Source: an uncultured Gemmatimonadales bacterium
Lineage (GTDB): Bacteria > Gemmatimonadota > Gemmatimonadetes > Gemmatimonadales > GWC2-71-9
DNA length: 64,000 bases
Direction: 5' to 3'
Assembly: GCA_963825055.1 (NCBI GenBank)
Contig: CAWGSK010000030.1
Location: 18,882-82,881 of the forward strand
The position numbers and the translations under genes were made by a program. Each line of letters opens with the position of its first letter. Position 1 is the stretch's first letter. A model generated the notes under the pieces. The model was not told the origin of the DNA and did no database searches. It saw nothing but the letters and a program-made list of their open reading frames with translations. Of this stretch, positions 35,296-44,418 are shown one piece after another.

Positions 35296-35686
35296 GCGTG
35301 ATGTCGATGTCGGGGGCCAGGGAGTGAACCACCGAGCAGTATTTCTCGAGGCTCAGTTCCACCGCGCGCCCAGCCTTTGCCTCGTCCAGACCGTCACCCC
35401 GCAGGTGGTAGGCGAGGTGCAGGGCGACATATCGCCGCGGCTCCTCCTCGCGGCGGGTCCCGGAAGCCTCCACCCGGAACGCACGCAGGTCGATCCGCAT
35501 CTTCTGGATGATGTGGACGACGTCCGCCGCACTGCACGATGCGACGGCCAGCAGGAGCGTCAGCATCGGCCCCGGACCCATCGCGTTGTCGCCGTCGATG
35601 GTGATCCAGGGACGGTTCGCCTCCCCGCCCTCGAACCGCAGGTCCTTCTTCCAGTCCAGTGTGATGCGCTTGATTTCCTGGGCCAC
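35276..35686 (-). CDS. OsmC/Ohr-family peroxiredoxin-like protein
   Basis: From GTG 35686 the sequence reads VAQEIKRITLDWKKDLRFEGG... Conserved cysteines lie in AVASCSAADVV and EKYCSVVHSL. The upstream part of track ORF 35276..35788 would overlap the neighbouring gene. Confidence 0.75.
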   Translation of the reverse strand: MAQEIKRITLDWKKDLRFEGGEANRPWITIDGDNAMGPGPMLTLLLAVASCSAADVVHIIQKMRIDLRAFRVEASGTRREEEPRRYVALHLAYHLRGDGLDEAKAGRAVELSLEKYCSVVHSLAPDIDITHEVVLD

Positions 35687-35699
35687 GTGGCACCCTCGG

Positions 35700-36278
35700 T
35701 CAGGTGGATCCGGGCGCTGGCCCGGAAGGATCGCGCGGCGCGGTACGAAGCCGGCGGGCCTCGCGCGATGCGACGCGCTGGTAGTCATACACGGCGTACA
35801 GCCCCATCCCGGCCGTCGCCCAGGCCAGGGGCCGGAGCAGCACCGAGTCCGCCAGGAATGCGACCAGGGTGAGGACCTGCGCCAGGGTCACGGCCTTCCC
35901 GCCGGCACGAGCCGGAATGGCGGCAGCTTTCTTCCGCCGGAGCGTGACGAGGAACGCGAGCGTCGCCCAGGCGTCCCGAACCAGAACCCCGGCGACTTCG
36001 TAGAACTGGAGCCGGCCGGAGACGGCCACCACTCCGAATGCCGCGGCCATGAACAGCTTGTCCGCGATCGGATCGAAGACGGGGCCCAGCCTGGACCCGC
36101 CCCAGCGCCGTGCCAGGTAGCCATCGAGAAGGTCTGACGCCGCGGCCGCTGCCAGGATAGCGAACCGGACCCCGGTCCCCGGCACCAGCACGAAGGCGAC
36201 CGCGAGCGGGATCCGGAGGACCGATAACGTGTCGGCCGGAGACCACCGGCCGGGTTGCTCAGCCACCCGCCGGCCCAT
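35700..36278 (-). CDS. CDP-alcohol phosphatidyltransferase (PgsA-like)
   Basis: The family motif DLLDGYLARRWGGSRLGPVFDPIADK is present (D-G-x2-A-R...G-x3-D-x3-D). Confidence 0.85.
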   Translation of the reverse strand: MGRRVAEQPGRWSPADTLSVLRIPLAVAFVLVPGTGVRFAILAAAAASDLLDGYLARRWGGSRLGPVFDPIADKLFMAAAFGVVAVSGRLQFYEVAGVLVRDAWATLAFLVTLRRKKAAAIPARAGGKAVTLAQVLTLVAFLADSVLLRPLAWATAGMGLYAVYDYQRVASREARRLRTAPRDPSGPAPGST

Positions 36279-36319
36279 ACCTTCGGACGAGCCCCCACTT
36301 CCCCGCCCCGGACAGGCCC

Positions 36320-36778
36320 ATGGACCTCACGCTGCTGCGCCAGACCGCCATCTTCGCCGACATTGACGACGGCGAGATCATGCGCGTCGCCGAAACCTGC
36401 CAGGAGCTCACGTTCGGTGGAGGAGACTTCGTGTTCCACGAAGGGGAACCCGGCAACCGGCTGTACATCGTCGCCGAAGGCGAGGTACGAATCAGCCGCA
36501 ACATTCCAGGCTCAGGCGAGGAAGCCCTCGCGGTCCTGAAACCCGGCGCGTGTTTCGGGGAGATGTCGGTCTTCGACCGTTCCCAGCGGTCCACCGATGC
36601 GATCGCCAATGGGCCCTGCCGCCTCATCTCCATCTCCCGATCCGATTTCGAACTCCTGCTCGACTTCAACCGCGAGCTCGCTCACAAGGTGCTCTGGTCC
36701 GTTGTCCGGCTGCTCTCCACGCGGCTCCGCGTTACGAACGATAACCTCCGGACCTTCCTGGCGATGTCGATGTTCTGA
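36320..36778 (+). CDS. Cyclic nucleotide-binding domain protein (no DNA-binding domain)
   Basis: 152 aa with the cNMP-binding core GEPGNRLYIVAEGEVRISR...GACFGEMSVFD. Confidence 0.8.
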   Translation: MDLTLLRQTAIFADIDDGEIMRVAETCQELTFGGGDFVFHEGEPGNRLYIVAEGEVRISRNIPGSGEEALAVLKPGACFGEMSVFDRSQRSTDAIANGPCRLISISRSDFELLLDFNRELAHKVLWSVVRLLSTRLRVTNDNLRTFLAMSMF

Positions 36779-36850
36779 CAGACGGACAGACGGACAGGCG
36801 GTCAGTCGGTCGGTGGGTCCGCCTGACCGCCCGTCCGCCCGTCCGTCCCG
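36779..36850. repeat. Tandem 8-nt repeat array (9 units) forming an imperfect palindrome
   Basis: Units are CAGACGGA CAGACGGA CAGGCGGT CAGTCGGT CGGTGGGT CCGCCTGA CCGCCCGT CCGCCCGT CCGTCCCG. CAGGCGG (36795..36801) pairs with CCGCCTG (36819..36825). The right arm encodes the last ~16 aa of the M16 peptidase. Confidence 0.8.
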
Positions 36851-39435
36851 CGCACCACCCCCTCGGCCCTCCGCCCATCTCCCAGTATCTCCCCCGCCAC
36901 CCGCTGGACGTCGCCCCGCGTCACTGATCGATAGCCCGCGGCCGGGTCCTGCAGGTCACGAAGGCCGGTGCCGATCAGCCACGCCTCGAGTATCTCACCC
37001 AGGACAGCCGATCCGCTCTGGCGGCTGACCAGCGCCTGTCCGGCCAGGTACTCCACGGCGCGCTCAAGCTCCTTCTCCTCGACCGGTTCCCGGATGAACC
37101 GGTCGAGCTCAGCCAGCATCGCATCTCGTGCTTCGGCTTCGCGTGACGGCGCCATGGCGATGTAGGTCAGGAAAGCCCCGGCCCCGCCTCGCTGCCACGA
37201 CGACGCAAGGACGGTATAGGCCAGGCTGCGCCGATCGCGGAGAGCCTCGAACAGCCTGCCTCCCAGTCCACTGGCGATCGCGCTCAATACCTCGGCGGTA
37301 TGCCTGTCCGCCGCACGCCGGGACGGACCGGGGAAAATCATCGCCAGGGCAGTCTGCGCCCTGGCCCGTTCCTTCACGTCCTGAAGCACGCCCGTCATTC
37401 CCATCGTCTGCGCGAGGCCGCCCTCACTCGCCGGAGTCTCCGGGAGATCCGCGACGACGCCGGCCAGCGTCTCCATCATCTGCCCGGGCTCCAGGTCGCC
37501 GACCGCCACCAGGACCGGACGCGCAGCCCGGGAGCTACGATGCCAGTCGCGCAGGTCCTCCACACCGATCCCCATCAGGGTATCGGGAAGGCCATGCACC
37601 GGGAGACCGTAGCCCTGGTCGCCAAACGCCGCCCGGAATCCGAGAAGCAGCGGATAACGGACCATGTCGTTCTCGACCTGCCGCGCCTCTTCAACCAGGA
37701 GCGAGCGTTCACGCGCCACATCCTCGTCCCGGTACTCGGGCGTTGCCTCCACGGCCGCCAGCAGCGATGCCGCCTCGGCCATCCGGTCGCTGCGCACGGT
37801 GACGGCAAAACCGGTCCAGTCGGCGGCAGCCGAGGTGCCCAGCGCACCACCGAGCCGTTCGAAGGCGAAGGCAAGTTCCGCGGCATCCCGGCCGGCTGCC
37901 CCACGCACGGCCGCGCGCGCCGCAAGTGCGGCAAGCCCCGCCTTCGCGGGCGGGTCCGCCAGAAGGCGGCGGCGGTAGAACCCCATCGTGACCAGGGGAA
38001 CGCCGGCCTTTTGCCGCACAAGGAGGTCCGCCGCGGGAAGCTCGGCGTGCAGTACGCCGGATTTCATGGACGACCGGACGGAGCGTGAAACAACCGTCTC
38101 CGGTGGCCGAGGTACCTGGTCCGTCACAACCGGCAACGCGACCACCGCCAGCGCACGCTCGACCGCCTCGACCGTGAGGTCGTCGCCGCGGCCTTCGGGG
38201 AGATGGACGACGGCACTGATGGTTCCCGGATCGAGATATCGCAGCGCCGCCTCGCGGACCTCCTCGGCGGTCACCCGTCCGAGCGCTTCATAGGCGCGAT
38301 CCAGGTAGGCGACATCCTGCAGCGCCTCAGCGGAGGCGAGCGCACTCGCCCGGCCATCCATCGATTCCAGCTGGCGCGCCCAGCGCGTCAGGAGGAGTGC
38401 GCGCGCACGCTCCATGTCGCCGGGGCGCGGACCGGACATGGCCAGCCGCGAAACCCCCTCGGCGATTCCGGTCAGGACAGCGGGGATCCGCTCCGGTTCC
38501 GTCTCCGCCGTGATGCTGAAGACACCGAGCTCAGTCGGGGTGTAGTGGTGGCACCCGACCGACGTGACCAGCCCTGTCGTCCGGAGCCCCTGGTAGAGCC
38601 AGCTCCCCCGGCCCAGTCCCAGCACGGCAGCGACGAGATCGAGCGCGGGAGCGTCGGGATGCAGCGGTGGCACGCCACGCCAGCCCAGGGCGAGCTGGGC
38701 CCCGACAATATCACCGCGGAGCGTCCGTACGTGGACGCCGTCCCGGGCAGGCTCCCCTGGCGATGGCGCGATCACGCCCGCTTCCGCGGACCAGTCGCCG
38801 TAAGCCTCATGCGCCAGCCGGACCGCTGCCGCCACGTCGATATCACCCACGATCGCCACGATGGTCCGTGACGGGACGTAGCGCGACGTGTAATACCCCC
38901 ACACGTCTTCGCGTGTCAGCCGGGAGAGTTCCTCCTCGGTACCGATTCTCCAGCGCCGGATCCGGTGCCGGTCGTACATGACTTCATGGAGTGTTTCCCA
39001 GGTCACCGCCGCAGGCGAGTCCTTCTTCCGTCGGGCTTCCTGGATAATCACCTGGAGTTCGCGGGCCAGCTCACCTTCATCGACCACCGAGTGGCGCAGG
39101 GCGTCCGACTGGATGTCCAGCGCCGTCTCCAGCCGGTCGGCGGGCAGTACCACGTAGTAGGAAGTGTGATCGTAGCCGGTACCGGCGTTGAGATACCCAC
39201 CTGCCGCCTTGGTTTCCCGCGCAATGTCCCCGACTCCGCGGCGCCGGGTTCCCTTGAAGAACATGTGTTCCAGCACGTGCGAGATCCCGACCCATTGATC
39301 GGGCTCGTCGAAAAAACCGGCCTCGACGTGGGTCACCACGGCCGCGGCCGGCGCAGAGGGGTCGCGCTGGACCAGGAGCCGCAGCCCGTTGGGCAGGACC
39401 TCGCGGTGAACGGTGTCCGTCCAGGTCTGGCTCAT
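36802..39435 (-). CDS. M16-family (insulinase/pitrilysin-like) zinc peptidase, double-length single chain
   Basis: ATG 39435 gives MSQTWTDTVHREVLPNGLRLLVQRD... The inverted zinc motif HVLEH lies in ISHVLEHMFFKGT. At about 877 aa it is equivalent to two M16 halves. The start overlaps the stop of the upstream gene (ATGA). Confidence 0.85.
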   Translation of the reverse strand: MSQTWTDTVHREVLPNGLRLLVQRDPSAPAAAVVTHVEAGFFDEPDQWVGISHVLEHMFFKGTRRRGVGDIARETKAAGGYLNAGTGYDHTSYYVVLPADRLETALDIQSDALRHSVVDEGELARELQVIIQEARRKKDSPAAVTWETLHEVMYDRHRIRRWRIGTEEELSRLTREDVWGYYTSRYVPSRTIVAIVGDIDVAAAVRLAHEAYGDWSAEAGVIAPSPGEPARDGVHVRTLRGDIVGAQLALGWRGVPPLHPDAPALDLVAAVLGLGRGSWLYQGLRTTGLVTSVGCHHYTPTELGVFSITAETEPERIPAVLTGIAEGVSRLAMSGPRPGDMERARALLLTRWARQLESMDGRASALASAEALQDVAYLDRAYEALGRVTAEEVREAALRYLDPGTISAVVHLPEGRGDDLTVEAVERALAVVALPVVTDQVPRPPETVVSRSVRSSMKSGVLHAELPAADLLVRQKAGVPLVTMGFYRRRLLADPPAKAGLAALAARAAVRGAAGRDAAELAFAFERLGGALGTSAAADWTGFAVTVRSDRMAEAASLLAAVEATPEYRDEDVARERSLLVEEARQVENDMVRYPLLLGFRAAFGDQGYGLPVHGLPDTLMGIGVEDLRDWHRSSRAARPVLVAVGDLEPGQMMETLAGVVADLPETPASEGGLAQTMGMTGVLQDVKERARAQTALAMIFPGPSRRAADRHTAEVLSAIASGLGGRLFEALRDRRSLAYTVLASSWQRGGAGAFLTYIAMAPSREAEARDAMLAELDRFIREPVEEKELERAVEYLAGQALVSRQSGSAVLGEILEAWLIGTGLRDLQDPAAGYRSVTRGDVQRVAGEILGDGRRAEGVVRGTDGRTGGQADPPTD

Positions 39436-40133
39436 TCGCGACCTCCAGCACCCAGGGGACGGAAGCGGAGGATCAGCAGCGCGCCCAGGACCACCCCGCC
39501 GCCGTATCCGAGGACGTGCCACAGGGCTCCCCCGGCTGGCTGTGGGCCGCCGGGCTGGGCCAGATGGAATGGCGGGAGGATGGTGGCGAGCACGCTCCAG
39601 CCGCCGGAAAGACTGCCTGTCTGGTCCAGTTTGTGGAGGACGGATTCGACGACCAGGACAAGAAAGGCGAGGGCCCAGTCGTAGCGGCTCACCGTGGAAG
39701 CCAGGAAGACCAGCCCGCCGAGCAGCAGGTACAGCATCGCCATCCCGCCGAGCAGCGCCGGATCGAGCGTGAACGGCCCGCTCGTGAGTGCGATCGCCCC
39801 ATAGGCAAGCGGGACGAAGAGCACCACGGCGATGCCGCCGAGGAGCCATCGCAGCATGTAATGAGAAAGCGGCGAGACCGGCCGGTTGAAGTAGCTGCGG
39901 AAGTATCCCCGCCGGAAATCACCGCTCACCATCTGGGCCGTGGCGATGAGCACGAACGGGAGTGAGGCCTGCTGGATGACGCTCCCGAGCAGCCGACCCG
40001 CCCCCGCCGGCGTTACCCCCGCCTTCCAGGCTCCGGCGGCCAGCAGGCCCGCGACGATCACGAACAGGGCCGCGGGTCCCATGAGCAGGTCCACCGCGAG
40101 CCACGGGACGTACCGGAGCGGGTTCCGCCTCAT
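39432..40133 (-). CDS. Polytopic membrane protein, putative permease partner of the adjacent ABC ATPase
   Basis: 233 aa with about 6 hydrophobic segments and no motif I recognise. ATGA overlaps occur on both sides. Confidence 0.5.
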   Translation of the reverse strand: MRRNPLRYVPWLAVDLLMGPAALFVIVAGLLAAGAWKAGVTPAGAGRLLGSVIQQASLPFVLIATAQMVSGDFRRGYFRSYFNRPVSPLSHYMLRWLLGGIAVVLFVPLAYGAIALTSGPFTLDPALLGGMAMLYLLLGGLVFLASTVSRYDWALAFLVLVVESVLHKLDQTGSLSGGWSVLATILPPFHLAQPGGPQPAGGALWHVLGYGGGVVLGALLILRFRPLGAGGRE

Positions 40134-41038
40134 GAGGACTCCCCGACGGCCCGGCGAAAGGCAGCCTCGAGGCGACCCTCCTCGGGATAGAACGCCGTCA
40201 CCGTCACCCCTGCGCCAATGAGGTGCGCGAGGGTGGCATTGAGGGCCGCGAGGTCCCCGGTAAGCCGGAACTCCACTCCGCGACTCTCCGGCAACGGCTC
40301 GGCCCCGGCCAGGGCATCGAGTGCGGGGTGAGGCGCCCGGACCACCAGCCGCCAGGCACCGGCTTCCTCATGATCCCGCGCTTCCACCACGCGCTGGAGC
40401 CTTCCATGGTGGAGGATGGCCACCCGGTCCGCCACCCGCTCGAGCTCGTCCAGGTTGTGCGACGCAATGACGATGGCGCGATCGGGATGGCGCAGTTCGC
40501 GGACGATGTCGCGAAACTCCTGCGTCCAGAGCGGGTCCAGGCCGTGCGTCGGCTCGTCCAGGATCAGAACCTCCCGCGGGGCAAGCACGGCCTGGGCGAG
40601 GCCCAGCCGCTGGAGATTGCCCTTGGAAAGCCGCCGGACCTGGCGGGTGCGGTACTCCTCGAGGCCCAGCCGGTCGGTGACATGGGCCATGCGTTCCCGC
40701 AGCTCGATTCGTCCGAGCCCGTCGAGCGTTCCATAGCGTCGGAGCGCGGAGGAGACCGTCCACCGGCCGGGGACGGCCAGCAGTTCGGGCAGGTATCCGA
40801 TGCCGTGCCGTTCGACGTAGGCGCGGGGGGCGGCGCCGTCGATGGTGGCACGGCCGGCGCTGGGGCGCAGGTAGCCGAGAAGGAGAGACAGGAGGGTGGA
40901 CTTGCCGGCCCCGTTCGGGCCGGCGATGCCCACTACCTCACCCCGTTCTATCGTGAGGGAGACCTCGTCCAGCGCCTGCACCCGCCGTCGCCGCAGTGGA
41001 GAGACGTAGGCCTTGGACAGGCCCTCCAGCACGATCAT
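40130..41038 (-). CDS. ABC transporter ATP-binding protein
   Basis: From ATG 41038 the sequence reads MIVLEGLSKAY... Walker A is GPNGAGKSTLL, the signature is LSKGNLQRLGLAQAV, and Walker B is LILDEPTHGLD. Confidence 0.85.
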   Translation of the reverse strand: MIVLEGLSKAYVSPLRRRRVQALDEVSLTIERGEVVGIAGPNGAGKSTLLSLLLGYLRPSAGRATIDGAAPRAYVERHGIGYLPELLAVPGRWTVSSALRRYGTLDGLGRIELRERMAHVTDRLGLEEYRTRQVRRLSKGNLQRLGLAQAVLAPREVLILDEPTHGLDPLWTQEFRDIVRELRHPDRAIVIASHNLDELERVADRVAILHHGRLQRVVEARDHEEAGAWRLVVRAPHPALDALAGAEPLPESRGVEFRLTGDLAALNATLAHLIGAGVTVTAFYPEEGRLEAAFRRAVGESS

Positions 41039-42153
41039 TGAATGATACGGACGATGCCGGCCTGGGCGCTGGCCCTGAGGAAGGCCTCCGGGTCGGAGGT
41101 GGGAATGATGACGCCGGTCTCGGCGCGGCCGCGCTCGGCCTGGGACAGCATGTACTCGTTCAGCGTCGCGTGGGCCCACTCGCGGTCAGCGAACTTGAGC
41201 TGCCAGAGGATTTCCTCCCAGGTGCCGTTGTACGTCTGGCCGGACAGCGTGGCAACCTGGTGCGGCTCCGATGCGCCCGGCCGCCGCTGCATGGCGTGCA
41301 GCTCGGCCATGAGGGTGCCGAACAGTTCGAGCTGGTTGGGGTCGCGCACCGAGCCGTCAGCCTGCTGCGCTTCCACTTCGGCCAGCAGCAGGTCCACGCT
41401 GTCCGGCTCTCCCGCGATCTCGCCGAGACGCGCCAGCCACGGCACCAGCTCGGGGTCCTCATCCGGCAGGCGGTAGGTGGCCTTCCGCAGCTCGATGCAG
41501 CGCCACAGCCCGAGTTCCTCGTAGTGATCCTCGGGCGAAGTCCGGTCGAGGTGATACAATGCCGCCTCGGACTCCCCGCGGTCGTACAGGAGGTTGGCCA
41601 GGTAGATCCGGGCGTCGCTGTGATCGGGATCCAGCTCCAGGGCGCGGCGCAGCCAGTACATCGCCTGGTCCTCCTGCCCCAGCCGGTGCGTCGCGTATCC
41701 GGTGCAGGCCGCGGCCTCGGGTGACTCAGGCTGGGCGGCTACCGCCAGTTCGAAGTAGCGGTGAGCGTGCAGCAGGAGCCCGTCACGGAACAGGGCCCGG
41801 CCCACCTGCAGCATCAGGTCGTGGTCATCCTGGAACCCAAGCGCGAGGATCTGCTCGAAGACGGCCAGGCCGCCGGCCTCGTCCCCGATCTTGAGCAGGA
41901 CTTCCCCGAGACCTGCGAGCCCATCCTCGTGGTCCGGTTCCAGCGACAGCGCCGACTCGAATCCGCGGCGTGCCCAGGCATACTCCTCCCGCGCCAGCCA
42001 CGCGTAGGCGCGACCGATGTGGAGTTCGACTGCCTGGGGGTAGAGCGCGAGACCTTCGTTGAGGAGGGTGAGTGCGTCGTCGTAACGACCGTCGCTGTAG
42101 AGTTGATGTGCCTGTTCGTCGTAATCGTCGGAACTCAGGAAGCGATCCGACAT
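41035..42153 (-). CDS. Tetratricopeptide repeat (TPR) protein
   Basis: 372 aa with several TPR-like units (YSDGRYDDALTLLNEGLALYP, EYAWARRGFESALSLEPDH, and others). Confidence 0.7.
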   Translation of the reverse strand: MSDRFLSSDDYDEQAHQLYSDGRYDDALTLLNEGLALYPQAVELHIGRAYAWLAREEYAWARRGFESALSLEPDHEDGLAGLGEVLLKIGDEAGGLAVFEQILALGFQDDHDLMLQVGRALFRDGLLLHAHRYFELAVAAQPESPEAAACTGYATHRLGQEDQAMYWLRRALELDPDHSDARIYLANLLYDRGESEAALYHLDRTSPEDHYEELGLWRCIELRKATYRLPDEDPELVPWLARLGEIAGEPDSVDLLLAEVEAQQADGSVRDPNQLELFGTLMAELHAMQRRPGASEPHQVATLSGQTYNGTWEEILWQLKFADREWAHATLNEYMLSQAERGRAETGVIIPTSDPEAFLRASAQAGIVRIIQ

Positions 42154-42228
42154 CGGCAGGGCCTCCAGGGAGGTGATGCAGTAAGGTAGAGTTTCGCGTG
42201 AAGCCGAGCAAGAGAGGAAAAGACCGTT

Positions 42229-42708
42229 CTACTTCACCCGCGTCTCCCCGAGGCCCAGTTGGCGGAGCAGGGCGCGCAACTCGTCCTGCTCGCGCGCGGA
42301 CAGGACGGCAAACCGGCGCGCAATCCCCTGCGCGTGACGGGGGAAGGCCTGGTCCATGAGTCCTTTACCCCGTGGGGTCAGGCGGGCGTAGACGACCCGG
42401 CGGTCCGTGTCGCACCGTTCCCGTTCCACCCATCCCGCGGCCTCGAGATTGTCCACTACATAGGTGACGTTCCCGCTGCTTACGAGCAGTTTCTGGCCGA
42501 TCTCGCTCAGCGGCAGCGGGCCAACGTGATACAGCGCCTCCAGCAGCGCAAACTGCGGCAGCGTGAGGCCATCCTCCCGCGCCAGTTGCTCTGCCGTCCT
42601 CTGGACCGAGCTGAAGCAGCGGGCCAGGGCAACCCAGCAGCGCAGCGCACGCTGTTCCGCCGCGGGACGCGGCGGACGGTCCGGAGGGCGCTCCTTCATG
42701 CCCGCCAC
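42229..42708 (-). CDS. MarR-family transcriptional regulator
   Basis: The winged helix reads LTLPQFALLEALYHVGPLPLSEIGQKLLVSSGNVTYVVDNLEAAGWVERE...DRRVVYARLTPRG. Confidence 0.85.
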   Translation of the reverse strand: MAGMKERPPDRPPRPAAEQRALRCWVALARCFSSVQRTAEQLAREDGLTLPQFALLEALYHVGPLPLSEIGQKLLVSSGNVTYVVDNLEAAGWVERERCDTDRRVVYARLTPRGKGLMDQAFPRHAQGIARRFAVLSAREQDELRALLRQLGLGETRVK

Positions 42709-42713
42709 GGCTC

Positions 42714-44342
42714 CTATTCTTCCGTCATGTACGGATAACGGTAGTCGACCGGCGGCTCGAAGGTCTCCTTGATGACCCTGGGCGACACCCAGCGTACGAG
42801 GTTGAGCGGCGAGCCGGCCTTGTCGTTGGTCCCGCTGGCGCGCGCGCCCCCGAAGGGCTGCTGGCCCACCACGGCGCCGGTCGGCTTGTCATTGATGTAG
42901 AAGTTGCCGGCCGCGTTCCGGAGGGCGTGGTCCGCCTCCCGGATGGCGGATCGATCGCGGGCGAAGACCGCGCCCGTCAGGGCGTACGGCGAGGTGCTGT
43001 CCACCAGTTCCAGCGTTTCAGTCCACTTCGCGTCCGGGTAGACGTGCAGTGTCAGTACCGGCCCGAACAGCTCCTCGCACATTGTCCGGTACTTCGGGTC
43101 CTCCGCCACGATGACCGTCGGCTCCACGAAGTATCCCTTCGAGTCGTCGCACCCGCCACCGGTCAGGATGGAAGCACCAGACCCCTTCCCGACCGCGTCG
43201 ATGTGGCCCTTCAGCCGGTTGAAGGCCTTCTGGTCGATCACGGCCCCCATGAAGTTGCGGAAGTCGGCGATGTCGCCCATCCCCAGTTCCTCCACTTGCG
43301 CAACCAGTCGCTCCCGAACCCCGGTCCACAGCGACTGGGGAATGTAGGCCCGGGACGCGGCACTGCATTTCTGCCCCTGGTACTCGAACGCCCCCCGCAC
43401 CAGGGCGGTGGCCAGTTCGTCCACGCCGCTGCTCGCGTGGGCCACGATGAAGTCCTTGCCGCCGGTCTCGCCCACCAGCCGTGGATAGGAGGCGTAGGAC
43501 TCCAGGTTCTGCGCGACGGTCCGCCAGAGCAGCTGGAACACTGCCGTGGAGCCCGTGAAGTGGATCCCGGCGAGGGTCCGGTCGCCCAGGAGGAGCTCGG
43601 TGACGTCTCCCGAGGGACCGGGCAGGAAGTTGATGACGCCCGGCGGCATGCCGGCCGCCTCGAGCATCCGCATCATGTAATAGTTGCTGAGGGCCGCCGT
43701 ACCCGAGGGCTTCCAGATGACGGAGTTCCCCATCAGCGCGGGGGAAGTCGGGAGGTTGCCGCCGATGGAAGTGAAGTTGAACGGCGTGATCGCGTAGACG
43801 AAGCCCTCGAGCGGGCGGTGGTCCATCCGGTTCCACATCCCCGGCATGGAGGACGGCTGTTCCTCGTAAACGCCACGTGCGAAGTGCACGTTGAAACGGA
43901 GGAAATCAATCATCTCGCACGCGGCGTCGATCTCCGCCTGGTGCGCCGTCTTGCTCTGGCCGAGCATGGTGCTGGCGTTGAGTCGCTGGCGCCAGGAGCC
44001 GGCGAGGAGGTCTCCTGCCCGGAGAAAGACTGCCGCACGGTCCTCAAAGGACCACGATGCCCACTCACGGCGGGCTTCGTTGGCCGCCGCAATGGCCCGG
44101 CCGATGGTGGCACGGTCGGCCTGGTGCACCCGGGCCAGGACGTGGCCATGGTCGTGCGGGGCAACGACATCGTGGAGGTCGCCCGTGCGCACTTCCTCCC
44201 CGCCGATGATGCAGGGAATGTCGGCGATCTCGCCGCTCATGTGGCGGAGTTCGGCCTTGAGTGCGTCACGCGCCGTGGTACCTGGCGCATAGGAGAGCAC
44301 GGGTTCGTTGTGCGGGACGGGAACGGCTGGTATGGCACTCAT
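42714..44342 (-). CDS. pruA: L-glutamate gamma-semialdehyde (1-pyrroline-5-carboxylate) dehydrogenase
   Basis: From ATG 44342 the sequence reads MSAIPAVPVPHNEPVLSYAPG... Aldehyde dehydrogenase motifs are VGETGGKDF and the catalytic Cys in YQGQKCSAASR. Length is about 542 aa. Confidence 0.85.
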   Translation of the reverse strand: MSAIPAVPVPHNEPVLSYAPGTTARDALKAELRHMSGEIADIPCIIGGEEVRTGDLHDVVAPHDHGHVLARVHQADRATIGRAIAAANEARREWASWSFEDRAAVFLRAGDLLAGSWRQRLNASTMLGQSKTAHQAEIDAACEMIDFLRFNVHFARGVYEEQPSSMPGMWNRMDHRPLEGFVYAITPFNFTSIGGNLPTSPALMGNSVIWKPSGTAALSNYYMMRMLEAAGMPPGVINFLPGPSGDVTELLLGDRTLAGIHFTGSTAVFQLLWRTVAQNLESYASYPRLVGETGGKDFIVAHASSGVDELATALVRGAFEYQGQKCSAASRAYIPQSLWTGVRERLVAQVEELGMGDIADFRNFMGAVIDQKAFNRLKGHIDAVGKGSGASILTGGGCDDSKGYFVEPTVIVAEDPKYRTMCEELFGPVLTLHVYPDAKWTETLELVDSTSPYALTGAVFARDRSAIREADHALRNAAGNFYINDKPTGAVVGQQPFGGARASGTNDKAGSPLNLVRWVSPRVIKETFEPPVDYRYPYMTEE

Positions 44343-44418
44343 GTGGACACAGGGAAAGGGAACAGGCAACAGGAACCGGATGCCGCCGGCCAGGGGCGAC
44401 GGCGTTGAGAATAATAAG

